From Diadema antillarum (lineage: Eukaryota): 64,000 bases of DNA. Position 1 is the first letter of the stretch. Every line of letters begins with the position of its first letter. The translations under genes and the position numbers were made by a program. Below are positions 25,701-34,553 of this stretch, piece after piece. Where the stretch lies: assembly GCF_040938485.1 (NCBI RefSeq), contig NW_027272299.1:620001-684000 (forward strand). The letters are read 5' to 3'. The notes beneath the pieces are model-generated. The model ran no database searches. It was given only the letters and a program-made list of their open reading frames with translations, and was not told the DNA's origin.

Positions 25701-28700
25701 CAAAGACTGGTCGTCTTCATGTTTCGTTTCATCTTTGTTCATGATTTATTGTTTGTGCTTCAATAAAATAAACAGAAGTTTTAACAAAAAACGTGCTTCA
25801 GGTGAATCTTGAATTTGAACTACTGCGGTACTGCTCGAAGTGTGATCACACTAGTGTTATTTCCTCCATTTGATATAAACAAACATAGTGTGTTTAATTT
25901 NNNNNNNNNNNNNNNNNNNNNNNNNNNNNNNNNNNNNNNNNNNNNNNNNNNNNNNNNNNNNNNNNNNNNNNNNNNNNNNNNNNNNNNNNNNNNNNNNNNN
26001 NNNNNNNNNNNNNNNNNNNNNNNNNNNNNNNNNNNGTATGGTCTATCGTGAGCCCCCTCCAATATTTGCCCCCCCCCCCCCCCCCCCCAATCCAAAACTG
26101 CTTCCGGCGCGCCTGTGTACTAACACGCATCATTGTTAGAATTACATGAATATCACATCACAGTTGCTTTTCTCAGCGAATTTCAAAACCAACATCAATA
26201 TGCCTGATTATGCAAATGGCCTTTTTTCTGCTCATATGCGAAGTGAAACTGTGAGGTGGCTTATCAGTTAAGTTGTTTGCATGATCAATAATATATTTAT
26301 CAAGGGATGTCCGATTTTTAACTTGACGTTAAAATGAAAATTTGTGCGTTTTATAGCATAAAGGAGGTTGTCGAAGGTCTGATAAAAGAAAACATCTTTA
26401 CTCAAATTTTACCAAAATTTCAGTGATCAGTGGAATCAAATTTGTTTATGAATGATTTAAATGGAATACATTGCTTACTAATGCACAAAATAATCGAAAG
26501 TTTATACCGTATCTTCGATCAAAGATTAGGCGATTCACTAAATCGTTTTTGTTTCAACTCATTCCTGTACCTTTAAGTGTAATCTGAGTGTGTTTCAGAT
26601 CCAAATATTCACTAACGCAGCTCTGCAAGCATTCTTCTAGATGGTTGCCCCAAGCCAGGCTTTTGCAGTTTTTCTTGGAATATGCCTTTGCAAAGTATTC
26701 AGCAGCTTCCATGAAATGATCTTCAATAACCTGGAGAGTATCAAGATACAAATAGGCAAAGAAGTATGTAAAGCCGACGCCATTAAACGCCATTTGTACA
26801 CAAATTTGAGCAGGTGACATGGAATGTTTAATCTTGCAGTGATGTAATATGTTTGGGACAGAAATTTGCACGTTTAAGAAAATGGTCCTTATTCGAGTAA
26901 AATATAGACAGCATGGCTGATTCCTGATCCAGTCCAATAAAAATGATGGAAAACATTTAGGCTATGAAATGTTATTTAAGTGGCATGAAGACAAATTCAT
27001 TAAATTGAAGGAGAGTCATGTGCAACCAGCCCACCTTATCCTCTCTTGGATAACTGTGAAATTCTCGACATAAGGTGGCCAGTTTCACGGAGGTCACGGC
27101 GACGTTTTTGGCAGCCGAAACATTGTCCTCATCGGTGCGAGCCAACTGGTAAGCCTCCTTGTACAGCTTCAGGGCTTCCTTGAGGCAGCGCATCCTTTCT
27201 TGCGAATAAGCCTCATGGTTGTCAACTGCACTCAAAGTTCTCTCCTCCGCCAACATGACCGATGCCAAGACGGAAGGGTCGGTTGGTCTGGCAGATGCTT
27301 CCGCACTTTTATCTGAGTGCAAAAATAATGATGAAAGCAATACGTTTACCATAATTATAGTTATCACACAAAATGGCATTCACCAAGGGTAGTCTCTCCA
27401 GTATTAACACTGCTCTCCTAGACAATTTCCCAGAGGAACATTAAGATTATTATTGCTCAGCGTTGCCAGGTATAGGGCTACCTATTTGCACACTGTTTGT
27501 TAAGAGGGACATTGTGGGCAAAATATCCCGTCCAGGGATGGACGCATTGGGCAACATTCGAACCCCACGTCCTTCTGTCTTCAAATCCAGAGCCTTATCC
27601 ACTCTAGGAAGACGGCAGTTTAACCCTATTAAGCCCAAGCTATTTTGACCCCTCGCAGGCCCAAGGGGGGGGGGGGCACATTGTGCCCCCCTATATAACT
27701 TTTTTATTATTTGATGTATCATCGTCATATTTGGCATGTGGGTAGAGTAACTCATACTCTACATGATCGTACATTTGAATTTTCACAAGGTCACCCATGG
27801 AGGGCGCTATTTACCAAAATATAAAGAAATACATAGGAAATATGCTAAAAACATGATTTTTCTGTATAATTTCTTCATCTCCATTATATATGTCTTATTA
27901 TAGACCAATTACTTTCATATTTGCTACAAATGATAAGTAAGTGGAATTTTATTATTTGTTATGGTTGAAATTTCTCAAGGTCACCACATGGGGGCGCTAT
28001 TCATATCAACATAGTGATACATTATGAGACCTGAGATGAAATGTTTGGGATGGGTACATGTATAGTTATGACATTTCATATTTGCATAATCCTGGAATTT
28101 TGAGATCGCAAATTGACAATACGATAAACTAATGATATTAGAGGCATAACTTGGGTGAAGGAATCAAAATAACTCAAAATATAAGGGCAATCTTTAGAAA
28201 ATATTATTGTTTTCAATTATCTCTATTATATCTATTGTTTTATGCCTTTGTCACATAAAAACAAAGGAAATAATAAGAAAAACTTTCCAGGACCATAATT
28301 ACTTCGAATTTTGCTCCTTCAACAAATTTCAGCCAAGAAACACCCATCTCATACACTGTAATGCTGTTAAATGAAATGGGAACAGAAAAAAGATGCAAAA
28401 TATGACTGACATGGTTGTCAGTTTATGGTTGCCATGGCAACCAACAACATCAAACATAGCTAAATTATATATCAAAATGTTCGCAATAAGATTTTAGGAA
28501 AAGTCACCAAATTTGGTTGAAATCGGATTAAGGGCGAAGGAGTGGCAAACGAAAATCTGGTAGGGGGGGGGGCACAATGTGCCCCCCTTGGGCTTTATAG
28601 GGTTAAGTTCTTATTCTATCTTTCGTCGTTATTATGGAAAACATTACAGATGGCCAGAAGCCGAGGCTTTTTTTGTCATATAGCTATGTTTATCCATTTT

Positions 28701-30947
28701 TTTTTGGGGGGGGGGGGGGGCATTGAAACCTGGCCTTTGACTCTTAACCTTTGACCTTTGACCTTCTGGCTGGAAATTTCCTGGAGAATCTCCATTAGGT
28801 AATGCATGTATTAAGTTTTGAAACTAATTATGCAAGTATTGATATACTAGTATATGAGGGAAATAGTAAAATTTTGAGGAGTTGACCCTGACCTTTGACC
28901 CCTTGCCAGGTATAGGGCTACCTATTAGCACACTGTTTGTTAAGAGGGACATTGTGACATTTGACCCCTGACTATTGACCCATGACCCCTAAATTCCCTA
29001 GATAATCCCTGCCAGTCAGTACATGCGTATGTACCAAGTTCCACGAAGATACATTGAACAATTTGTGAGAAAAGTGATATTGCAACATTTTCACCTAACC
29101 TTTGACCTTATGACATGAAATTCTCTCTGGAGAACCTTTACGCAGTAGTACATGTCCACACCAAGTTTCAAGAAAATACCTTTGGGCATTGCACAGATAT
29201 GGGGGAAATTGCAACATTTGTAGCATTTGACCTTGACCTTTTGACCTTTGACCTCTTGCCAATATCACTAAAATCTACTCAGCTGTAGTTGTCCCATCAT
29301 ACATCATCCTTGGACCAAGTTTGGTGAAAGCTGCTTCATCCAGTTTTGAGTTATCACGTAAACAGATGATAGGATTTGACCTTGATCTTTGACCTTTGAC
29401 CTCAGTCCAATTTCACTGAAAAACTAATGAAGTAATTAAGTATATGAATATAAGAACGACCCAAGTCCATGGAAGATCATTTCGAGTAAACTAAAAAAAA
29501 CTTCATATCTTTTTTATTTGTCCAATAATATTCTATTTAACTGTGATGGGAAGGCAACATTGTATATATACAAATTAGAACATATATTATTATGACAATT
29601 AACACTTACATTAATTGTGGAGAGGCCATTTTGTGTGATGGACTTGGGTCGTTCTTTGATTCATATGGACTTGGGTCGTTCTTTGATTCATATACATGAT
29701 ATTCTGCTATAGAGATGGGGGAAGGATGAGAGAGGGCGCTATTATATGAATGTAAGAATGACCCAAGTCCTTCATTCTTACATTAATATAAGATTTAACT
29801 CATTCATTTCAGGCACTTCCGGGGGTAATTAGGATTTATCATTTACACACAAGATGAGTCCATGCATAAGCTACAATTTCCCATGTCAAACTGAATTTGG
29901 CCAAAAATTGGACTTGGGTCATTCTTATATTCATATACTCAATTGCCCCGTCATACATCATCCTCCAATAAAGTTTGGTGAAATTTGCTCCATCCAGTCT
30001 TGAGTTATCGCGTAAACGGATACAATTTATTTCATGATTTGACCTTGACCTTTGACCTTCAGCCGATATCACCCAAAATCTAATCAAATAATTGCCCCAT
30101 CATACTTCATACTTGGACCAAGTTTGGTAAAATTCCTGTAAATATTACTCAAGTTATCGCGTAAACGAAAGCGGACGGACGTGCGGACGGACGGACAACC
30201 CGAAAACATAATGCCTCCGGCACCACTTCGTGGCGGAGGTATAAAAATGATCACACAAACACACACTCAAACACGCACTCGCATAGAGGTAACTTTATTT
30301 CTTTAGTCATATTTACTTGATAGCATTGTCCACCCCATCATTGTTCTTTTGATCACGCACCTCATGCCTGCGTACTGAAGCTTGAGTTAATAATTACGAA
30401 AACAAATTTACAAATAATTACCTATTCACTCACCTTTCGGGTGATGCCTATGACTGCTGCCCTTTATTCCCGTTGATGAACGAAAGTTGCTTTCAGTTTC
30501 ATATTCTTCCTCGTCGTCGTCGCCATCGTCGTCGTCAGAGTTCTCTACCGAGTTTAACTCCGAGGTCTCTTCACAATTTGAACTCCGATCGGAAAACTCT
30601 GAGGCCGTCGCCCACTCCTCATCATCCGTCTCACTCTGGGACATCAATCTCACACGTCGGGCGACATACCGCCAAACATACCCGTTTTGTACAATACCCA
30701 AATCAAAGATGACCCCGTCTTCTTTTTCTATGGTTTGATGATGGTTGCGTGGATGGTCGTCGACGATTGCTGAGTGGTGGAAAAAGACATCTTTGTAGAC
30801 AATCAGATCGAGAGAATGACGGTCGATAAAGCCGTACCCACGTGTGGCTAAGAAGCTCTTTACAACACCTGTTACGTCTCTTTTTATAAGAGTAAAATCG
30901 TCTTCTCTCTCATCCTTACGTGCCTGTCCGCTTGATTCCTGACCCAT
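4635..30947 (-). CDS. 10-exon gene, 769 aa: cold-shock domain + acidic linker + 2x TPR-like helical module + C-terminal J-domain (HPDK)
   Basis: Hand-assembled join (minus): 30947-30434, 27312-27035, 26730-26571, 12610-12472, 11438-11296, 10472-10189, 8234-8078, 6686-6545, 5698-5553, 4981-4635. All introns are GT-AG with phases 1,0,1,2,1,0,1,2,1. Total 2310 nt = 769 aa + TAG, with no internal stop. Confidence 0.85.
5553..5698 (-). CDS. Exon 9: helical module 2d
   Basis: tttcag|G...GCAG|gtacgt; YMKRCSLLLDDAER...VDACKESVKKR. Confidence 0.85.
6545..6686 (-). CDS. Exon 8: helical module 2c
   Basis: gtacag|TC...AG|gtacat; VKATKLEEFLECLPVCHSKAVGKVMLAQYAYNTG. Confidence 0.85.
8078..8234 (-). CDS. 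Exon 7: helical module 2b
   Basis: ctgcag|GGT...GAGG|gtgaga; GIENDFVDAAKYFARAFSKGKCKPLAW. Confidence 0.85.
8658..8885. mobile_element. Tc1/mariner-type MITE
   Basis: TA|ctctctaaaaa..atcgagtgaaa ... tttcactcgatttttttagagag|TA; internal gagtgaaa repeats. Confidence 0.8.
8954..9962. repeat. ~1 kb palindrome (arms about 455 bp), Penelope-like inverted terminal repeat, flanked by (TA)n
   Basis: 8954-~9410 is the near-exact reverse complement of ~9497-9962; (TA)n at 8898-8941 and 10026-10063; contains a hammerhead-like motif. Confidence 0.85.
9870..9906 (+). ncRNA. Minimal type I hammerhead ribozyme-like motif (one core substitution)
   Basis: gcc-CTGATGA-a-ggtcc(gtttg)ggacc-GTAA-gc-TC-ggc: stem I gcc/ggc, stem II 5 bp, palindromic AGCT stem III; GAAA reads GTAA. 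Confidence 0.6.
10189..10472 (-). CDS. Exon 6: TPR-like module 2a
   Basis: tgatag|AC...AAG|gtaggc; EKRTLGNGLFKS...EALELYKEACQLA...SAAKNVAMTFLKLA. Confidence 0.85.
10589..10914. repeat. Kolobok-like repeat fragment (second copy ~55285-55622)
   Basis: About 330 bp of similarity between the two sites, each ending ggtaaacag.acctttaa. Confidence 0.65.
11296..11438 (-). CDS. Exon 5: helical module 1d
   Basis: tttcag|G...GCAG|gttatt; YMTKCLGVLDNAES...VNACIKIVKRR; paralogous to exon 9. Confidence 0.85.
12472..12610 (-). CDS. Exon 4: helical module 1c (in a different frame from the overlapping ORF-track entry)
   Basis: ttccag|AC...CA|gtatgt; DKAFRLDAFQERLPNSRAKARAKLFLALGLYEIGFEKAKTDREGCLQ; aligns with exon 8. 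Confidence 0.85.
13661..13720. repeat. (AAT)n microsatellite
   Basis: Directly visible. Confidence 0.95.
14166..14250. mobile_element. 85-bp TTAA-flanked MITE nested in another repeat
   Basis: TTAA on both sides. The host repeat (from ~14075) recurs without the insert at ~63878-64000, and a related copy lies at ~56210-56305. Confidence 0.75.
14384..14948. mobile_element. Kolobok-like MITE
   Basis: TTAA|aggacaagttcaccttcataaacataaggattgaga ... tctcaatccttatgtttatgaaggtgaacttgtc. Confidence 0.75.
16211..17775 (-). mobile_element. 5'-truncated non-LTR retrotransposon (CR1/L2/Crack-type): RT C-terminus, 3' UTR and (GAATT)n tail
   Basis: ORF 16882-17763 with LFADDSNLF, LNLQKTKYMLF, KFLGITVDNKLSWKFHI. 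3' stem-loop gagggtcccac..gggaccctc near 16400-16446; (aattc)n at 16211-16242. Confidence 0.9.
19109..19674. mobile_element. PIF/Harbinger-like MITE nested in the hAT
   Basis: agggctttttacacttg...caagtgtaaaaagccct with 3-bp flanks tat/tat; internal ttagcccc/ggggctaa repeats. Confidence 0.8.
21306..23771 (+). CDS. hAT transposase, ZMYM1-like (TTF-type zinc finger, DUF4371-like region, hAT C-terminal dimerisation domain)
   Basis: 821-aa ORF: FPWLEW..AFCHTC..GFTNWK...KHEKSESH, GLAIRGH, ILADETAD (D), CFDGAAS (D), HCYMHSINL (CxxH), LCPTRF, PATTATAERSFSTLRRLKSYLRGTMSQSRLNSLLIL (E). Confidence 0.93.
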   Translation: MFKVQSAAPKDPKATTSKQDVDKQSGASAETVDLDLEAELPMDIGSSDSESNEVELGQVAQSGNVERLPQPQPQLQPQPQPQLQLQPQPQSQPQPQPQPQTQPQTQPLQKENLRSRPNQPLCQLKKDQHGRRFRGELYETFPWLEWDGEAKNGNGAAFCHTCRQAKLRNVPSSGKCEESFSKTGFTNWKNASPKFLKHEKSESHRLLSYKMSKLWQGENVAQRLDTRAQEESKQNTQYLLTIITSLKYLAKQGLAIRGHTDQNSNFMTLLQLRSEEIKGLDRWLTRKTSWTSHQIQEEIINLMSSTVMRQLAAEMGGKPFAILADETADVSRIEQLCICVRTATENLVLEEYVLGLYSLDKCDAESIFKTMKDALIRYNLPLSLCRAACFDGAASFQGKHSGVAVRLQEEEPRVVTTHCYMHSINLAVQDMVKHVPKLRNFLTTVTDLINFLRDSPKRVAIVKTVAEALGCPQAHIRPLCPTRFTVKQKALNNIKEQLQVVKEALVTIEDTVTDRDSQSRASGFLRVASSFDFTICLFMSVTVFEVSDRLSEAQSPHVSAGEGVKLTQVALGQLQNIRKDECFDEVWQHSLDYAQKHDQEEPTQPRQSRAPRRLQDSDPHAFETPKDMFKSVWFDALDNVISGMQDRVSSKAISVLSAVEDLLLSAWSDREVPTKSLECVVKHFGDGLNESRLEAQLRVLENLRDITGSSTVAGHRVTVKHIIDSISETDMKSIIPEVVKLCRLYIVHPATTATAERSFSTLRRLKSYLRGTMSQSRLNSLLILTMYRERVELIDMVDLVNEFISRGDTKRRNAFAPLRKV
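24759..24919. mobile_element. PIF/Harbinger-like MITE nested in the hAT
   Basis: tta|aggcgcatttacacc...ggtgtaaacgcgcct|tta. Confidence 0.8.
26571..26730 (-). CDS. Exon 3: helical module 1b
   Basis: ctccag|GTT...AAAG|gtacag; VIEDHFMEAAEYFAKAYSKKNCKSLAW; paralogous to exon 7. Confidence 0.85.
27035..27312 (-). CDS. Exon 2: TPR-like module 1a
   Basis: ctcag|AT...AAG|gtggg; encodes RCLKEALKLYKEAYQLARTDEDNVSAAKNVAVT; paralogous to exon 6. Confidence 0.85.
27624..28602. mobile_element. piggyBac-like non-autonomous element
   Basis: TTAA|ccctattaagccc...gggctttataggg|TTAA. Confidence 0.85.
28730..30244 (+). mobile_element. Second Helentron/DINE-like copy (5' part lost, interrupted at ~29440-29925)
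   Basis: Same tttgacctttgacc modules, (GGAC)n and aacataatgcctccggcaccacttcgtggcggagg 3' end. Confidence 0.65.
30434..30947 (-). CDS. Exon 1: cold-shock domain plus Asp/Glu/Ser-rich linker
   Basis: VTGVVKSFLATRGYGFID...DVFFHHSAIVDDHPRN shows RNP1/RNP2-like CSD motifs. ATG at 30947; donor AAAG|GTGAGT. A possible acceptor 8 nt upstream of the ATG means a further 5' exon may exist. Confidence 0.85.
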
Positions 30948-32639
30948 TGAAAATCCTGTGAATGTTATCCAGTGCAACAATTGGGAATTATCAAGGGTTG
31001 GTCGAAACTTGGTAGGACAGCAGGACTACACGGCTGACAAGAGGTTGCGATATGTCGAGAATCCAAGTTTTTTAGTTTGTTTCTTTTTTCTGACTGTGCT
31101 GGTACAGACGTGTTATGAAACGATTCAAGACGGCTGTTTTAAACTCGTAACTCATAATCATGCAGGGTATACTATAACTGCGACGAAGCTCAATATGGCA
31201 CCATTAGGTGAATAAATGTCCACGAACAGAAATGAAAACGTACACGGCATTCGCTATATCATAACGTCCCGTATTGCTGGGTTTCAATGATTGTGCATAC
31301 ACAGACTCGCCCACCACCAGTAGCTTAGGTACATGGAATGGGTTTTCCCCATCCATTCATATCTGCAGCATTTACTGCACCATGTTTCAAAAACATGCTT
31401 CACTGATTGCGCAATCGTTTAATATGGCAAGCAATGCATGTATCAATCCCAAGTTACCTTTGCCGATGTGACGTTTATGCTTTCTCCCAGAATAGTGCCT
31501 GAACAATAACGTTTTGGGGCTGTCCGCACGCCCAAGATATCTGCGACAAAATTAAAGACACATCGTTCCTAAATAAAAGACTCGTATAGATATTTTGACT
31601 GTTTTACTACACCGTACGTTTGAATGGTTATGACCCTAAAATGTTGTTTAATAGTAGGCCTATTGCTCTAGAGTTCGCATTGGTGTCAAGATCTATGTCA
31701 AATTACCCAATCAAAAGAAAAAAAACCAAATAAATCCAAATGAAATATACTACTCAAATTAATACATGTATACTCTTACGATTCACACTGAATGATTATA
31801 CAAGGCTATATGAACAACGACCTAGGTAATGTTTCCATATCTCTTCATTGAGGATAGCAATGGATAATCACCTTAGTCAACTAAAATAAACATTATCTAG
31901 TTGAATTAATGTCAGTTACACAAATGGACTGAATTATCTTTCACATTCTGATGGCTGCTTTTATTTCATATTGGCGTGTTTTGAATGCTTGAATGCCTGC
32001 TAAGGTTCATGGCGCGGCGCACTTTGAGTACTGTAGTATAGAGAGGGGGAAAGGGGTCATTATATCTACATGTATAGAGTCGAGTCATAATTTTTTTTAA
32101 CTGATTACTTTTTTATGCTTTTGTTCTTGTTTACGTGCACCATAATTCCTCACGCGCAATATACTAACGTTACACAAGTGACTCACACCCGAACACCCCA
32201 AAGGAAAACTCAATGGGTGTAATTTTGATTAGGCCTACTTAATCCTATTATATCCCCTCCTATTTCAGCAATGTCTGTTGTCCATTGATATTTGAACAGC
32301 GTATATGGGCTGAGTTATGAAAAACAAATATAGTTTATCTGTGCATACTCCAAATAAATGCAGGAAAATGTAAGTTCTTCAAGACATCATTAGTTTTCTT
32401 CAAAGGCCTATAGGGTGTAGTCGCGATGGTAAGCATGACTATCTATAACAGAGCTATATGACATGTCTTTAAAGTAATTTCTACTTTATGTTATCATTGG
32501 GAAAGAAAGACATTGCACTTACTTTTTCTTAGACTGATGTAGTAAAGAATATGATATCAAAGGCTGCGGAAGACCCTCTTCTTCGGAAGACCCTCTTGTT
32601 ATAAACTCTCGCAACTCTCGCACTACGGGATACGTGGAA

Positions 32640-33110
32640 AGGCCTTGGACTGGTTCAGGACCTTTCTAGCCAACAGGAAACAGTTTGTCTGTATTAATGG
32701 CTTTAGTTCCAGTTTAAAAACACTATCTTGCGGGATCTTTCAAGGATCTCTTTTGGTTTCGCTTTACTCATTCCTTACAATTTCAAAAATTCATCTAATG
32801 TTTTGTCCTTCCTTCTTTTTGCCGATGATTCTAATATTTTTTTTTCACATCGAAACCCAACAACCCTTTTAGATGAAGTGAACAGTTCAAATTTGGATTC
32901 AAGCAAACAAGTTGTCTCTGAATGTAAACAAAACCCATTCAATGTTGTTCAGTAATTCTGTCACTCGTTAACAGGTGATATAAAAATGAATAATGATTAA
33001 TTCAAGATGAATCGTCTAAATTTTGAGGTCTTTATAATAATATTGACCATGATCGACCATGGAAATATCTCATAGATGCTATTTATGTAAGATGCTTTCA
33101 AGAAATACTG
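32640..33110 (+). mobile_element. Degenerate RT fragment of a CR1/L2-type LINE
   Basis: LDWFRTFLANRKQFVCINGFSS..GIFQGS then LLFADDSNIFFSH in shifted frames; similar to 17640-17760. Confidence 0.75.
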
Positions 33111-33149
33111 GAATTCTAAGTAAGTTCAAACCTTCTTTTTTTCGAAGTA

Positions 33150-33940
33150 TATTTTGAACATTATATTCCATGTAATATTCCGCAAGTCGCACGGAAGGCT
33201 TGCCCGGAAAGATGTGACACGGCCTGAAAGACAAGCCTTGCGTGCGACTTGCGAAGAACAATTTTTGCTACCCGGAGGTCCCCGCGGTCCCCAGCTACAT
33301 GGATATTGGCAGTTTCGACACCTATTCTTGCCAATAAAACACTATTTCATTATACTTGTAGAATGCCCGCAGATGACGCACGCTTCCGGCCCATAGGTAT
33401 AGATCCACGCAACTTACCTACGTACTTCGAGCGGGTCAACTGCCTGTGACTTGCGGGATGCTACGGTCCTCTTACTGGTGTAGATGCGTGACCCTCTGCG
33501 GGCAATCCCCGCGACTCACTCGGAAAAAGTGTTGAGCACTCTCACAACTTGGCTGCGGGTAAATCGGACTAGCGTGCGCACCTCCGGGCAATGCATGTAC
33601 GGGCGAGATACGTGGAAAGTACCTCAGGTGCGGACCAACTGCAGGGAGCGCCGGATAGCATTCTTAGCAACAAATTTTCCCCGCAAGTCAACCTGCAAGG
33701 CTTCCCCAGACACGGTTTGGCAAGTCCTTGAGCATGCTCAAAATTTGTTCCGAGTGAGCAGATCGCGGGAGTTTGCCCCCAGAGGTACACGCCGGGCACC
33801 AGTAAGAAGCTCTTTCTCTGTCGCTCGTAACTGACAACGGATCGGTTTCGAAGCTCTCACTCAGGTCACACGGAATACACGCAAGTAGCAGGTAAGTAGC
33901 ACGCGTCTAGCAGGTAAGACGCAAGTTACAGATCTCGCCA
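33150..33940. repeat. GC-rich interspersed repeat with many acttgcg/cgcaagt motifs (probable non-autonomous DNA transposon)
   Basis: Motif orientation flips across the segment; no clear TIR or TSD identified. Confidence 0.4.
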
Positions 33941-34384
33941 ACACCCTACTCTTGTCCGCAGAAAATTCTCCTGCGTGCTATAGAAAATCCCTACTCGCAA
34001 CAAGCCCGTTAGCTTACCTGGAACAGCAAACAATCATTGGACCAAATAGCCGTCCAAGCAAAGGCCATCAGATTTTTATTAAAGTTTATGAGGAAAGTGA
34101 TGAAACATATCAATTTGATTTAAAAAAAAAGGGGGGGAAATAAGAAAAAGGGGAACCTGGCATACAGTATTCTAAATACTTAGTACATGTACTCAATTTT
34201 GAGTGATACAAACCAAAACAACAATTTCCACGATCGAGAACTCTGGGGGGCGTTTCATCAACGAGTTCGTCGGAGGTTTTCACCGACAAATTTGCTATCA
34301 GCCAATCAGACGCAAGGATTTCAGTAGCTTTTAACAGTTGTCAGTGTATATCACTGACAAAAAGTTTCATGAAACGGTCTCCAG

Positions 34385-34553
34385 TGTAGAGTTCTGTGAG
34401 GCAGCAGGGCGAGGAGCGATTTGAGGATCGCCGAATCTCGATTGCGCCACCTACGTTAATTTTCGACTGTCTTTATATTGAGATTGACAAGTTATCCGAA
34501 CGAAGGTACGGTGTACTGTGACTGAAATTTCATCGATTGTCATCGAAAAATTC
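34385..34553 (+). promoter_or_regulatory. Candidate promoter / non-coding first exon of NACA
   Basis: Locally CpG-rich unique sequence with donor-like sites AAG|gtacgg (34505/6) and TTC|gtaagt (34553/4). NACA needs an upstream exon because of the acceptor at 39683. Assignment is inference. Confidence 0.35.

Larger units (their letters stand above)
17969..26115 (+). mobile_element. ~8.1 kb hAT-family DNA transposon in intron 3 of the CSD-TPR-J gene
   Basis: TIRs caggcgccggaag (17969) / cttccggcgcgcctg (26115), poly-G subterminal tracts, flanking direct repeat tgtactaaca (17959-17968, 26116-26125), and an internal transposase ORF. Spans two assembly gaps. Confidence 0.8.

Noticed and set aside
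25570-25812. TGVRHKD motif resembling RT 'GVRQG'
   Set aside because: Too short and degenerate to call a LINE fragment.
11725-26139. ORF-track entries containing X runs
   Set aside because: They are artefacts of the four N-gaps. Extra exons in the gaps cannot be excluded, but the phase chain is complete without them.
33484-33834. 116-aa ORF and neighbouring ORFs (also 38650-39055)
   Set aside because: They arise from GC-rich repeat sequence; no recognisable motifs or splice context.
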